From Syntrophales bacterium (GTDB taxonomy: Bacteria; Desulfobacterota; Syntrophia; Syntrophales; UBA2210): a DNA stretch of 64,000 nucleotides. The notes below the pieces were generated by a model. It was not told the DNA's origin and did not search any database. It saw only the letters and a program-made list of their open reading frames with translations. Positions 9,616 through 18,073 of the stretch are shown piece by piece. The stretch lies in NCBI GenBank assembly GCA_963662405.2, contig CAXXKT010000001.1, positions 2,464,001-2,528,000 of the forward strand. Direction: 5' to 3'. Within the stretch, counting starts at the first letter, position 1; every line of letters starts with the position of its first letter. Both the position numbers and the translations under genes were made by a program.

Positions 9616-11028
9616 TTAGATTTTGTTGGAGCGGCGCCAGATCTTCATCTTCTCCGCCTCTTTGATCAGGTCGTCCCTGAAATCGGGGTGGGCGATACTG
9701 ATGATCTTTTCGGCCCGCATCCAGGTAGGACATGCGGTCAGTTTCACCGCGCCGTATTCCGTGACGATATAATCCACCATCTGACGCGGAATGGTGACCA
9801 CCGTTCCGAGGGGCATCTGCGGCTGTATCCGTGAAGACGTCACACCATTGGCGTCCGTGTGTGTCGACGCGAGGCAGATGAAGCTCTTTCCCTTCTTCGA
9901 CCACTGAGCGCCGAGGACGAAGTCCCACATCCCTCCGTTGCCGGACACCTGTTCCGTTCCACTCGTTTCCGCATTGACCTGCGAGAAGAGGTCGACCTGG
10001 ATGGCGTTGTTGATGCTCACCATGTCGTCGATCTGCCCGATGATCCGGGGATCGTTCGTGTAGTTCACCGGATAAGAAGCGAGGGCCGGGTTGTTGTTCA
10101 TGAAATCGTACATCCGCTTGCTCCCGATGGCGAAGGTGTACGCGCACTTGTGGCGGTCGATGCTCTTCATGGAACTGTTCATTTTCCCCGATTCAATCAT
10201 GTCCACGAAGGCATCGACGAACATCTCCGTGTGCCCCCCGAGGTTTTTCAGGTCCGAATCGGCAATCAGCTTTCCCACCATGTTCGGCATCCCGCCGATA
10301 CCGAGCTGAATGCAGCAGCCGTCATAGATGTATTCCATGACATGCCGGGCGATCTGTGTCTCCACCGCCGAGGGGTCTACCTGCGGCGCGTCATACAGCG
10401 CCTGATCCGCCGGTGCCTCAACGATATAGTCAAGCCGCGAGATGTGAACGGATTCCTCGTTCCCGCCGAGGCAGACAGGGGTATTGGGGTTTACCTCGAT
10501 AATGACGACATCGGCGGCGTCGATCTTGGCCGACGTCTCCGAGTTCTGGGGACCGAGATTGAAATGGCCGGTTTTGTCCATCGGGGCCACCTGGATCATT
10601 GTCACCCATTTTGCCGTCCCCTTCCAGTTCGGATCGTTGTAGTAGAGAGACCGATAGTTCTTGGTGAAGTTCTCATTGGGATCCTGGGTGATAAGCTCCC
10701 GATAGTGTGAAGGACCCCGATGATAGAGGATGGGGCAATAGGATGCCGGCTGCACGAAGGCGTGGAGCATCCGGGTCAGCTTGCTCCACTGCCAGTCGAT
10801 ATAATTGAAGCTTTCAGGGTGATTGATGACCTCCGGAACGGGCGGGACCGTGACGGCCGTATAGATACTGACATCCCGGAGTTCTTCCGCGCGTGCGGCG
10901 AGCGCCGCGTCGAGGACGACTGGTTTCCCGTTAAAAAATCCGTAATCCACGATGTCGCCGGATTCGACGACCTTGACCGCCGTATCGGCGGAGACCAGTT
11001 TTTCTTTATACTGTTGTGCGTAGTTCAT
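9616..11028 (-). CDS. Acetyl-CoA hydrolase/transferase family (butyryl-/4-hydroxybutyrate CoA-transferase-like)
   Basis: QLGIGGMPN, GGHTEM, SINNAIQVDL, SGNGG..DF, IVTEYG, IAHPDFRDDL. Confidence 0.92.
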   Translation of the reverse strand: MNYAQQYKEKLVSADTAVKVVESGDIVDYGFFNGKPVVLDAALAARAEELRDVSIYTAVTVPPVPEVINHPESFNYIDWQWSKLTRMLHAFVQPASYCPILYHRGPSHYRELITQDPNENFTKNYRSLYYNDPNWKGTAKWVTMIQVAPMDKTGHFNLGPQNSETSAKIDAADVVIIEVNPNTPVCLGGNEESVHISRLDYIVEAPADQALYDAPQVDPSAVETQIARHVMEYIYDGCCIQLGIGGMPNMVGKLIADSDLKNLGGHTEMFVDAFVDMIESGKMNSSMKSIDRHKCAYTFAIGSKRMYDFMNNNPALASYPVNYTNDPRIIGQIDDMVSINNAIQVDLFSQVNAETSGTEQVSGNGGMWDFVLGAQWSKKGKSFICLASTHTDANGVTSSRIQPQMPLGTVVTIPRQMVDYIVTEYGAVKLTACPTWMRAEKIISIAHPDFRDDLIKEAEKMKIWRRSNKI

Positions 11029-11315
11029 AGGACCCCCCATGTGAAATTTAGAGATTACTCCGTCCGTTTCCGATCAAGAAGCGATACGCATACGCTCCCT
11101 ACCCGAGCCGTACCCTCCCTGTCAAGCAAAGAGAGACCTCCGGCGCCGCGAAAAGGTACAGATTGTGTCGTAACAATCCAATTTGTTTTGGCATAAACTT
11201 TTTTCTCTCCCCTGCCTTTCAGGTTTGTTGCGTCCGCTAAAAATCAGCTAGTAGAGTAGGGGGGAATACGGTATCATCACCGGTATCTGAAATGATCAAT
11301 GGAGGTGACCATTGC

Positions 11316-11477
11316 ATGAGAGGAACCATAATCCTGATCTCGATCATCGTCATCTGGTATGTACTCCAGCGATTCATCCTGCCCCGGATGGGCGTATCTA
11401 CGTGACTCAAGCCATCCTGCCGGGCGGCGGACAAAAAGAGTCAAGATGACAACCCGGACGACAAAGACGCGGGATAA
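11316..11477 (+). CDS. Candidate small membrane-anchored selenoprotein (53 aa; in-frame UGA at codon 30, UxxxxC)
   Basis: GGAGGTGA RBS; MRGTIILISIIVIWYVLQRFILPRMGVST-UGA-LKPSCRAADKKSQDDNPDDKDAG*; SECIS-like hairpin directly after the UGA. Confidence 0.6.
11403..11443 (+). promoter_or_regulatory. Putative bacterial SECIS element
   Basis: Lower stem TGACTC/GAGTCA; upper stem TCC(T bulge)GCC/GGCGGA; G-rich loop GGGC after a 16-nt spacer from the UGA. Confidence 0.55.
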
Positions 11478-11563
11478 GACGTGAAACCTAAGCCGTCGGT
11501 TCTCACCCCGATTCATCGGGCTGAGGACTTTGCCTCTAAACAAGGATTGCAAAGGAGGTCATC

Positions 11564-11875
11564 ATGCCCGACCACCACACACCCTTGGAGACCGAACGCC
11601 GGACCGTCGAGGCGATGATCGGGATCTTCTGCCGCGGCCACCACGGCACGAAGGAGGAACTCTGCCCGGAGTGTCGGGAACTCCTTGACTACGCCGCCGG
11701 GCGTCTGGAGAAGTGTCCCCTCAAGGACGACAAGCCGACGTGCTCGAAGTGCCCCGTGCACTGCTACAAACCGGCCATGCGGGAGAAGATCAGGGCCGTC
11801 ATGCGCTATGCCGGCCCCCGGATGGTATACCGTCACCCCGTCCTTGCGGGGCGGCACTACTTATCTGGAAAATGA
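11564..11875 (+). CDS. ygbA: YgbA-like (nitrous oxide-stimulated promoter family) Cys-rich protein
   Basis: E..TV..MI.I.C..HH, LC.EC..L..YA..RL.KCP, KPTC..C.VHCY.P.MR..I..VMRYAGPRM...HP. Confidence 0.88.
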   Translation: MPDHHTPLETERRTVEAMIGIFCRGHHGTKEELCPECRELLDYAAGRLEKCPLKDDKPTCSKCPVHCYKPAMREKIRAVMRYAGPRMVYRHPVLAGRHYLSGK

Positions 11876-11886
11876 GAAGGAAAGAA

Positions 11887-12183
11887 CTACAAAACAGGTT
11901 TATCGATCCGCAGGAGCATGTGTCCTTCAAAGACGGTCAGTATCTCAACAAACTCTCCCTTAACACGGTACACAATGCGATACTTTTTGAAAACCAACTC
12001 CCGGATATCCGGATGAGAGATTTCGGGAACGATTCTCCCCGCCCGTGGTGTATCAGCCAGTAACTCCACATGTTGGATAAGCTGATCGACGAACCCCACC
12101 GCTCGTTCGGGACTGTCTTTCGAGATATAATCCCCGATCCCGGTCAGACGCTCAAGGGCTTCCTGGGTCCATATGATCTTCAT
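11887..12183 (-). CDS. RelE/ParE family type II toxin
   Basis: MKIIWT..A..L..I.DYI..DSP..A, GRIVPE, IREL...YRIVYR. Confidence 0.9.
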   Translation of the reverse strand: MKIIWTQEALERLTGIGDYISKDSPERAVGFVDQLIQHVELLADTPRAGRIVPEISHPDIRELVFKKYRIVYRVKGEFVEILTVFEGHMLLRIDKPVL

Positions 12184-12189
12184 CCGGAA

Positions 12190-12474
12190 CTATCTCTTGC
12201 TTCTGTTCGCTGTTAATGCCGCCCTGACTTCCTCGGTAGAGTAAGTTCGCCCGCTTTCAGCATCCGATATGCCTCTTGTGACGGAATCGAGAAAGGCCTT
12301 GCTGTAAACCAATTCATCGTAATCCTTCGGAGACAGCAGCACTCCGGCGGGTTTTCCGTTCTGTGTAATAACCAGGGGATGTTCCGTATCCTGGAGGCTT
12401 TTAAACCACTTGGAGATACCTTTCTTGAATTCAGCAATCGGAACGATACCGGTGGTGACCGAAATAGGCTTCAT
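12190..12474 (-). CDS. Phd/YefM family antitoxin
   Basis: PIAEFK, PLVITQNGKPAGVLLS..DYDEL; directly upstream of the toxin; AAGGAG RBS. Confidence 0.9.
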   Translation of the reverse strand: MKPISVTTGIVPIAEFKKGISKWFKSLQDTEHPLVITQNGKPAGVLLSPKDYDELVYSKAFLDSVTRGISDAESGRTYSTEEVRAALTANRSKR

Positions 12475-12491
12475 GAAATGGCTCCTTATTG

Positions 12492-12539
12492 TGACTCTTT
12501 TAATGGTCAAAATATAGATCAATAAATGCCGTAAATCAA
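12492..12539 (-). promoter_or_regulatory. Sigma70-type promoter and palindromic operator of the TA operon
   Basis: Minus strand TTGATT-17nt-TATATT, followed by a TGAC-N10-GTCA palindrome. Confidence 0.5.
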
Positions 12540-12555
12540 GTGTTAATAGCTTCCC

Positions 12556-12643
12556 GATCAGGCAGGTCATGCGCTACGCCGGCCCCCGCATGCTCTACCG
12601 TCACCCCGTCCTTGCGGGGCGGTACTACCTGACGGGCCGGTAA
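12556..12643 (+). repeat. Orphan copy 2 of the ygbA 3' end
   Basis: Reads IRQVMRYAGPRMLYRHPVLAGRYYLTGR*; colinear with 11788-11875. Confidence 0.92.
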
Positions 12644-12917
12644 TCACGAGAATCAAACAGCCACCGTGCGTTTTGGGCCCGGCCCCGCGTACCGTCCGTA
12701 CGAACATGGGTCGATCCCATTGGAATAATCATCTCCGTTTCACAAGATAATTGTGCGCATTTGCGGAAACACCTTGATCTCTATACGATCTGTTGCTAAG
12801 CATACCCCTTCATGTAAACTACGTGAAAATGAATGGTCGGCGTGTTTGGATGGAAGACATAGTAACCCCTCAGGGTGAAACTGCGGGTGGATACGAACTC
12901 AGATATAGGAGAAGAAC

Positions 12918-13106
12918 ATGGTAGAAGGAATGGGTTCCATAGATGGAAGCGAAATTTCATTTGAAGAATTTCTGCTGATGACGGCAATACAGATCGACAC
13001 CCTCTCCCAGATCCTTATAGAAAAAGGCATCATTACAGAAGAGGAATTTCACGCCAAGTTTCAGGAAGTGCAAACGAGATATATAGGAGAGGGGAATAAC
13101 TCCTAG
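12918..13106 (+). CDS. Small hypothetical protein (62 aa)
   Basis: AGGAG RBS; helical acidic protein with LIEKGIITEEEF motif. Confidence 0.65.
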   Translation: MVEGMGSIDGSEISFEEFLLMTAIQIDTLSQILIEKGIITEEEFHAKFQEVQTRYIGEGNNS

Positions 13107-13376
13107 AAGCCCCGGCAGGAGGGACTCTGAGACGCAGGGATTCTGTGAATTGATATCGAGCGGAGACGAGCTATAACCCCTGTCAGGGTGGAATCTTTGT
13201 CTGACGGATCGCCATGATATTCGACCGATCGGAGCAGTCGTGCGCTCCGTCGGTCCTCGGATGCTCTTCCGTCACTCCCTCCTAGCACCCAGCCCCTTGC
13301 CCCTAGCCCATCCTTCCTTGACCTCAACGGACGATTTCGCTATAGAACGTACACTACTCATCAGGGGGGGGTACTC

Positions 13377-14123
13377 ATGATCACGGTGGATACCGAAAAA
13401 TGTATCGGATGCGGGCACTGCACCGCGGTGTGCGAGCAGCAGGCGGTCACCCTCCTCGGCGACTACGACCCTGCCGAGATCATGGCATACGACGACCCCC
13501 GGAAGTTTCAGATTGAACCGGATAAACTCCTCAACCTGGTCAAATTCAGGAGGAGCATCCGTCAATTCACGGACGAACCGGTCAGCGACAGCGATATCCG
13601 GAAGATCCTGGAGATGGGCAGATACACGCAGACCGGCGCGAACATGCAGCTCCTCCGGTATATCGTCCTCACCAGGGATACCCTCCGTGAAATCGCGCCC
13701 ATCGCTCTGAAGGCCCTGTCCGAACTCGACATCGCGACAGTCGACAAGAAGGCCATGCGCGTTCCCTATCAGTTCCTGGATTTTCAACAGATCTGGCAGC
13801 ACTGGTACCGGGTGTATCAGAAAACAGGGCGGGATCTCCTGTTCCACGACGCCCCCAACGCCCTTATGGTCGTCAGCCGCAAGTGCAACGAACTGGACGG
13901 CGTCTTCAATATCGGCCACATGGAGCTGATGGTCAACGCCCTGGGCCTCGGCGCTTGCATGATGGGTTTCGGAACCTTTGCCTTCGATATATCCCAGGAA
14001 CTGAGAGAAAGAGTCGGCATTCGAGATGACGAAGCCGTCATCATCATGATGGTCTTCGGGCACCCCAAGGTGAAATACCTCAGGACCGTTAACAGGAAGA
14101 AACCCAGATATCAGATAATTTGA
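13377..14123 (+). CDS. Nitroreductase with N-terminal 4Fe-4S ferredoxin segment
   Basis: CIGCGHCTAVC, RRSIRQF, LGLGAC, FGHP. Confidence 0.88.
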   Translation: MITVDTEKCIGCGHCTAVCEQQAVTLLGDYDPAEIMAYDDPRKFQIEPDKLLNLVKFRRSIRQFTDEPVSDSDIRKILEMGRYTQTGANMQLLRYIVLTRDTLREIAPIALKALSELDIATVDKKAMRVPYQFLDFQQIWQHWYRVYQKTGRDLLFHDAPNALMVVSRKCNELDGVFNIGHMELMVNALGLGACMMGFGTFAFDISQELRERVGIRDDEAVIIMMVFGHPKVKYLRTVNRKKPRYQII

Positions 14124-14448
14124 TCGTATACTCATTATGCCCAATTGTGAGAATATCTTTCCCGGCAGTCATGCTGTATCAGAGAAGTATGCACTGATTA
14201 CCTAAATATCAGTGCATATTAAAAAATCGTGCACTGATTTAGTGCATTGAATGTTTGTACAATTCCCAGAAAAATTCCATATCGCAATAAATGCTATATA
14301 TCGACACGAAATACATATATATCGATGACATAGCCATGAGAAAGGTACGTGTCCATAAAATGGTATTTAGGGGACACGTTATGTGAACATGTCCACGCCA
14401 TGGACACGTTCTTTATCGTTCTCGATGATATTTGGCGATGAGCATCCA

Positions 14449-14528
14449 ATCAGGTGCGCTACACCGGTCCCCGCATGCTCTATCGCCACCCCGTCCTCGC
14501 GGGAAGACACAACCTGAAGGGGAAGTAA
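14449..14528 (+). repeat. Orphan copy 3 of the ygbA 3' end (degenerate)
   Basis: ATCAGG, then a 7-nt deletion, then RYTGPRMLYRHPVLAGRHNLKGK*. Confidence 0.88.
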
Positions 14529-14635
14529 CCCTGCCAACGTGAAACGTCATTTTACTTCCTTGACTTTCTTTTGAAATCTGCTATTTATTCTGGTGCTTGC
14601 CAAGGGGGACGAAAAAATGAAAAGAGACACAACAC

Positions 14636-14669
14636 AACCCTGCTTCTCACCATGGAGGCGGGGTTTTTT
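14636..14669 (+). terminator. Intrinsic terminator-like hairpin upstream of the HNH gene
   Basis: AACCCTGCTTC/GAGGCGGGGTT stem followed by a T-run. Confidence 0.5.
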
Positions 14670-14707
14670 GTTAGGTGAAACCTAAAAACAAGGAGGGTGG
14701 TCCAGCC

Positions 14708-16162
14708 ATGGCTGAAACGAGACAAATTTCAGAAAGTGAAAAGCAAGAAGTTCTGGAAAAACATGGGCGCAGATGCTTTGTTGATGCGGAGCCTATCCCG
14801 GAAGAAGATACTGTTGAATTCCACCATATCAAACCTTTTTCAGAGGGAGGCCCTACCAATATTGATAACATTGCACCAGTTTGTAGGCGGCATCATCAAT
14901 CAATAGGAACGATGAGTCTTCAAGAATACCGAGATAAACTTGAACTTGGGCGTTTTTTTGAGGGCGAACCCAAATATCTTGATGACGTGATTAAACATAA
15001 AGAAGGGATTTTGGGGGAAAAATTTCAATACGAGACAGATGATAAAAAAATTACATTCTACTTTGATGTGAAGCAAGAGTATCCGATACATAAATGTCCT
15101 ACAACTAACTGGGATTATCTTTATGCCACCCTGCCGATAAAATATCTGAAAAATGACAAAGAATTACAGCCACGAGCAATACGAGAAGTTTCAATGTGGA
15201 ACCTCTATCGCCACTTTCAACGAAACACTCAAATATCTCCCTCAATTTGTCGGATTGATTCTGATGGTGACATTCTTCTTTTTGATGGGCAGCACAAGGC
15301 AGCCGCACAGATCTGGGCAGGGCGAAAAACTATAGAATGCAAGGTTTACTTGTGTCCCGATGAAAAAATATTAAAAGAAACCAACCTTGAAGCACACGGG
15401 CAGTTTCGTCAAATGTCGTTCTATTCACATGAATTGATGAAGAAATATGCTGATATATTTGGGGAAGACTGGTCAGAATACATGCAAACCAAAGGTCCAA
15501 AATCTGAGAAGGAATTCTTGAATTTCTTAATGAATGCAAAAGGGAAAACAAAAGCACAAGCAAAAAACGAAATCTCAATGGCTATGTATAATGAAATAGT
15601 TGATGAACCCAGTAACAAATTATCAGGTTTTCTCTCAGAAAAAAGCAGGGGACGCAAGCAGCCTTTATCTTTCGCGCGTCTCAAAAAGACTTTTTTCCAG
15701 AGCATGTTAATCCCGCCCCCTGTTGAGGCCGAGTTTGAATCTGATGAAGATTTTAGAAAAGAAGAAAAAACTAATTTAATAAAACTAATGAACATTATTG
15801 CTGAAGAAGGCCTTCAAAATAAATGGGCACCCGAGCGAAACGATGCCACGCATAAAAAAACAGAAAAAATCTTTAGTGCAGGTGCAATAAGAGCTTGGAC
15901 AATTCTTTTAAGAGATGCCATTAATCAACATCTAAGACATTATTCAGATGATCAAAGGAGTACCTTTTTCTATCGTAATATTGCTGATGATGAATTTGAA
16001 TATTTCAAACAATTTGTTAAAAAAATCTTTTCTCATAAAATATGGGACGATCCTGATCCATCTGGTGAAATTGCAGCCCGACTTTCAAAAGATGATGCAA
16101 CAACGGCCAAGAGCCTTTTTGAAGAGCACAATCTCACCGCACAGTGGGTGTTAGGTTCGTAA
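14708..16162 (+). CDS. N-terminal HNH endonuclease fused to a ParB/DndB-like DGQH(K) domain; probable defence protein
   Basis: CFV..EFHHIKPFSEGGPTNIDNIAPVC..HH; LLFDGQHKAAA; GGAGG RBS; AT-rich. Confidence 0.78.
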   Translation: MAETRQISESEKQEVLEKHGRRCFVDAEPIPEEDTVEFHHIKPFSEGGPTNIDNIAPVCRRHHQSIGTMSLQEYRDKLELGRFFEGEPKYLDDVIKHKEGILGEKFQYETDDKKITFYFDVKQEYPIHKCPTTNWDYLYATLPIKYLKNDKELQPRAIREVSMWNLYRHFQRNTQISPSICRIDSDGDILLFDGQHKAAAQIWAGRKTIECKVYLCPDEKILKETNLEAHGQFRQMSFYSHELMKKYADIFGEDWSEYMQTKGPKSEKEFLNFLMNAKGKTKAQAKNEISMAMYNEIVDEPSNKLSGFLSEKSRGRKQPLSFARLKKTFFQSMLIPPPVEAEFESDEDFRKEEKTNLIKLMNIIAEEGLQNKWAPERNDATHKKTEKIFSAGAIRAWTILLRDAINQHLRHYSDDQRSTFFYRNIADDEFEYFKQFVKKIFSHKIWDDPDPSGEIAARLSKDDATTAKSLFEEHNLTAQWVLGS

Positions 16163-16290
16163 AGCAACAAAATGCAGTTCATCGGTGGGACGGAGAAAGC
16201 TTGCTGCATCAGCGCTCGATTCACAAATTGATTTGAACCCGCTTCGCATTTCTGTAGTGGTTTCTATCAGATGAGAGGCTTGAAATAGCG

Positions 16291-18042
16291 ATGGCCAAGA
16301 ATCAAAAACTGGAACTCACCTGGATCGGGAAGGAAAACCGGCCGAAGCTGGAACCGAGGATACTGATCGAAGACTCGGAAAAATCCTACGGCGATAAGAA
16401 CAGCGAAAACATGCTCATATACGGAGACAATCTTCTCGCCCTGAAGGCGCTAGAACAGGATTTTGCCGGGAAGATCAAGTGCATTTATATTGATCCCCCT
16501 TTTAATACGCAACAAGCTTTTGAACATTATGATGATGGTCTTGAACACTCAATCTGGCTAAATTTGATGCGTGATCGTTTAGTAATTCTACAAAAACTTT
16601 TAGCAACAGAGGGAACCTTATTCGTTCACATTGATGATAACGAGCTTGGGTATCTAATTGTTCTGCTTGATGAAATTTTTGGAAGATCCAACCGAATATC
16701 TATAATAACATTTAAGCAAGGGGCTGCAACAGGCCACAAAGCTATTAATCCTGGTTTAGTCACAACTTCCAACTTTGTGTTAATTTATGCAAAGAATCGA
16801 GCCTCATGGGCACCCAAACGTGTTTTTACAGAGAAGACTGGAAGAGACAAGAGATACTCACAATATATTGAAAATTATAATGAGGAATATCGTAAATGGA
16901 AATTCATAACTTTAACAACTGCTTTCGCAGATAGCCTTGGTTTGCCAACAAGCAGCTTAAAGAAAGCTTTAGGTGACCAATTCGAAGAAAAGTTGTTCCA
17001 ATTTGTATTAGAAAATGCGCATAGAGTGATTCGTTTTGCAAGACCCAATTATAAGGCAGTAGGTGCTGTAGCTCGATCATTAATTGATGAGTCGCTACAG
17101 CATAAAGAACAAGTAATGCTTTTGAAAAGAAAGAAGTTTTCTGACATGTATTTTATTAAAGGAGAACGGATTTTATTTTATGCAGATAAGCTGAGGTTAA
17201 TTGATGGAAAGCATATTGCTGGTGAACCTCTTACAAGCATATGGGATGATGTGCTCTCAAACAATCTTCATAATGAGGGTGGCGTAGATTTTCCTAAAGG
17301 TAAGAAGCCCGAAGCATTAATTAAGCGTTGTTTTGATCTTGCTTCTTCGCCGGGAGATATAGTTCTTGATTCGTTTGCGGGTTCTGGCACGACAGGTGCT
17401 GTTGCCCATAAAATGGGTCAGCGTTGGATTATGGTAGAGTTAGGTGACCAATGCCATACGCACATAATTCCACGTATGAAAAAAGTTATTAACGGCGAAG
17501 ACTCAAGCGGCATATCCAAGACATTGCAATGGAAGGGGGGAGGGGGATTCAAGTATTACTATCTTGCCCCCAGCCTGCTCAAGGAAGACAAGCACGGGCA
17601 CTGGGTGATCGATGAACGGTATAATGCAGACATGCTGGCTGCCGCCATGGCCAAACATGAAGGATTCAGGTACCATCCCGATGAGCAGGTCTACTGGAAA
17701 CAGGGCCGATCCACGGAAAAGGATTTCATTTACACCACTACCCAGCTCATTACCGTCGAAACGCTGGACCGAATCCGCGAAGAGATGCAACAGGGGGAGA
17801 GCCTTTTGATCTGCTGCAGATCCTTTCAAAAAGTCTGCGAAGATCGTTATCCGGAGATCACCGTCCGGAAGATACCCGGCATGCTGCTCGGCCGGTGCGA
17901 ATTCGGCAGAGACGATTACAGCTTCAATATCGTCTCTATGCCCGTCGATCCCGACGCGCCTGATTTCGTTCCCTCCGGTCCCCCGAAGGAGATTTCAAGA
18001 AAAAAGAAGAAAAACACGATGGAGCAGAAAGAACTTTTTTAG
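16291..18042 (+). CDS. mod: Type III restriction-modification methyltransferase (Mod)
   Basis: KLELTWIGK, GDNLLALKAL, IYIDPPFN (motif IV), GKKPEALI, DSFAGSGTTG (motif I), WKGGGGF. Confidence 0.92.
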   Translation: MAKNQKLELTWIGKENRPKLEPRILIEDSEKSYGDKNSENMLIYGDNLLALKALEQDFAGKIKCIYIDPPFNTQQAFEHYDDGLEHSIWLNLMRDRLVILQKLLATEGTLFVHIDDNELGYLIVLLDEIFGRSNRISIITFKQGAATGHKAINPGLVTTSNFVLIYAKNRASWAPKRVFTEKTGRDKRYSQYIENYNEEYRKWKFITLTTAFADSLGLPTSSLKKALGDQFEEKLFQFVLENAHRVIRFARPNYKAVGAVARSLIDESLQHKEQVMLLKRKKFSDMYFIKGERILFYADKLRLIDGKHIAGEPLTSIWDDVLSNNLHNEGGVDFPKGKKPEALIKRCFDLASSPGDIVLDSFAGSGTTGAVAHKMGQRWIMVELGDQCHTHIIPRMKKVINGEDSSGISKTLQWKGGGGFKYYYLAPSLLKEDKHGHWVIDERYNADMLAAAMAKHEGFRYHPDEQVYWKQGRSTEKDFIYTTTQLITVETLDRIREEMQQGESLLICCRSFQKVCEDRYPEITVRKIPGMLLGRCEFGRDDYSFNIVSMPVDPDAPDFVPSGPPKEISRKKKKNTMEQKELF

Positions 18043-18073
18043 ATACACAGATGTCATCACCTGACAGGAGCTC

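Noticed and set aside
11250..11300. CsoR/RcnR- or HcpR-like operator upstream of the small ORF and ygbA
   Set aside because: The G-tract and TGA..TCAA matches have the wrong flanks or spacing.
13281..13309. Degenerate heptamer run CCTAGCA-CCCAGCC-CCTTGCC-CCTAGCC
   Set aside because: Only four imperfect units; too weak to assign a function.
11788..14528. ygbA repeats as a CRISPR array, integron attC sites or DGR template/variable repeats
   Set aside because: The units are coding-derived, ~88 bp, kb-spaced and not palindromic; no cas, intI or reverse transcriptase is present; differences are not confined to adenines.
17535..17546. G-rich tract in mod as a phase-variation switch
   Set aside because: It encodes the common WKGGGGF motif, and the run is interrupted and in frame.
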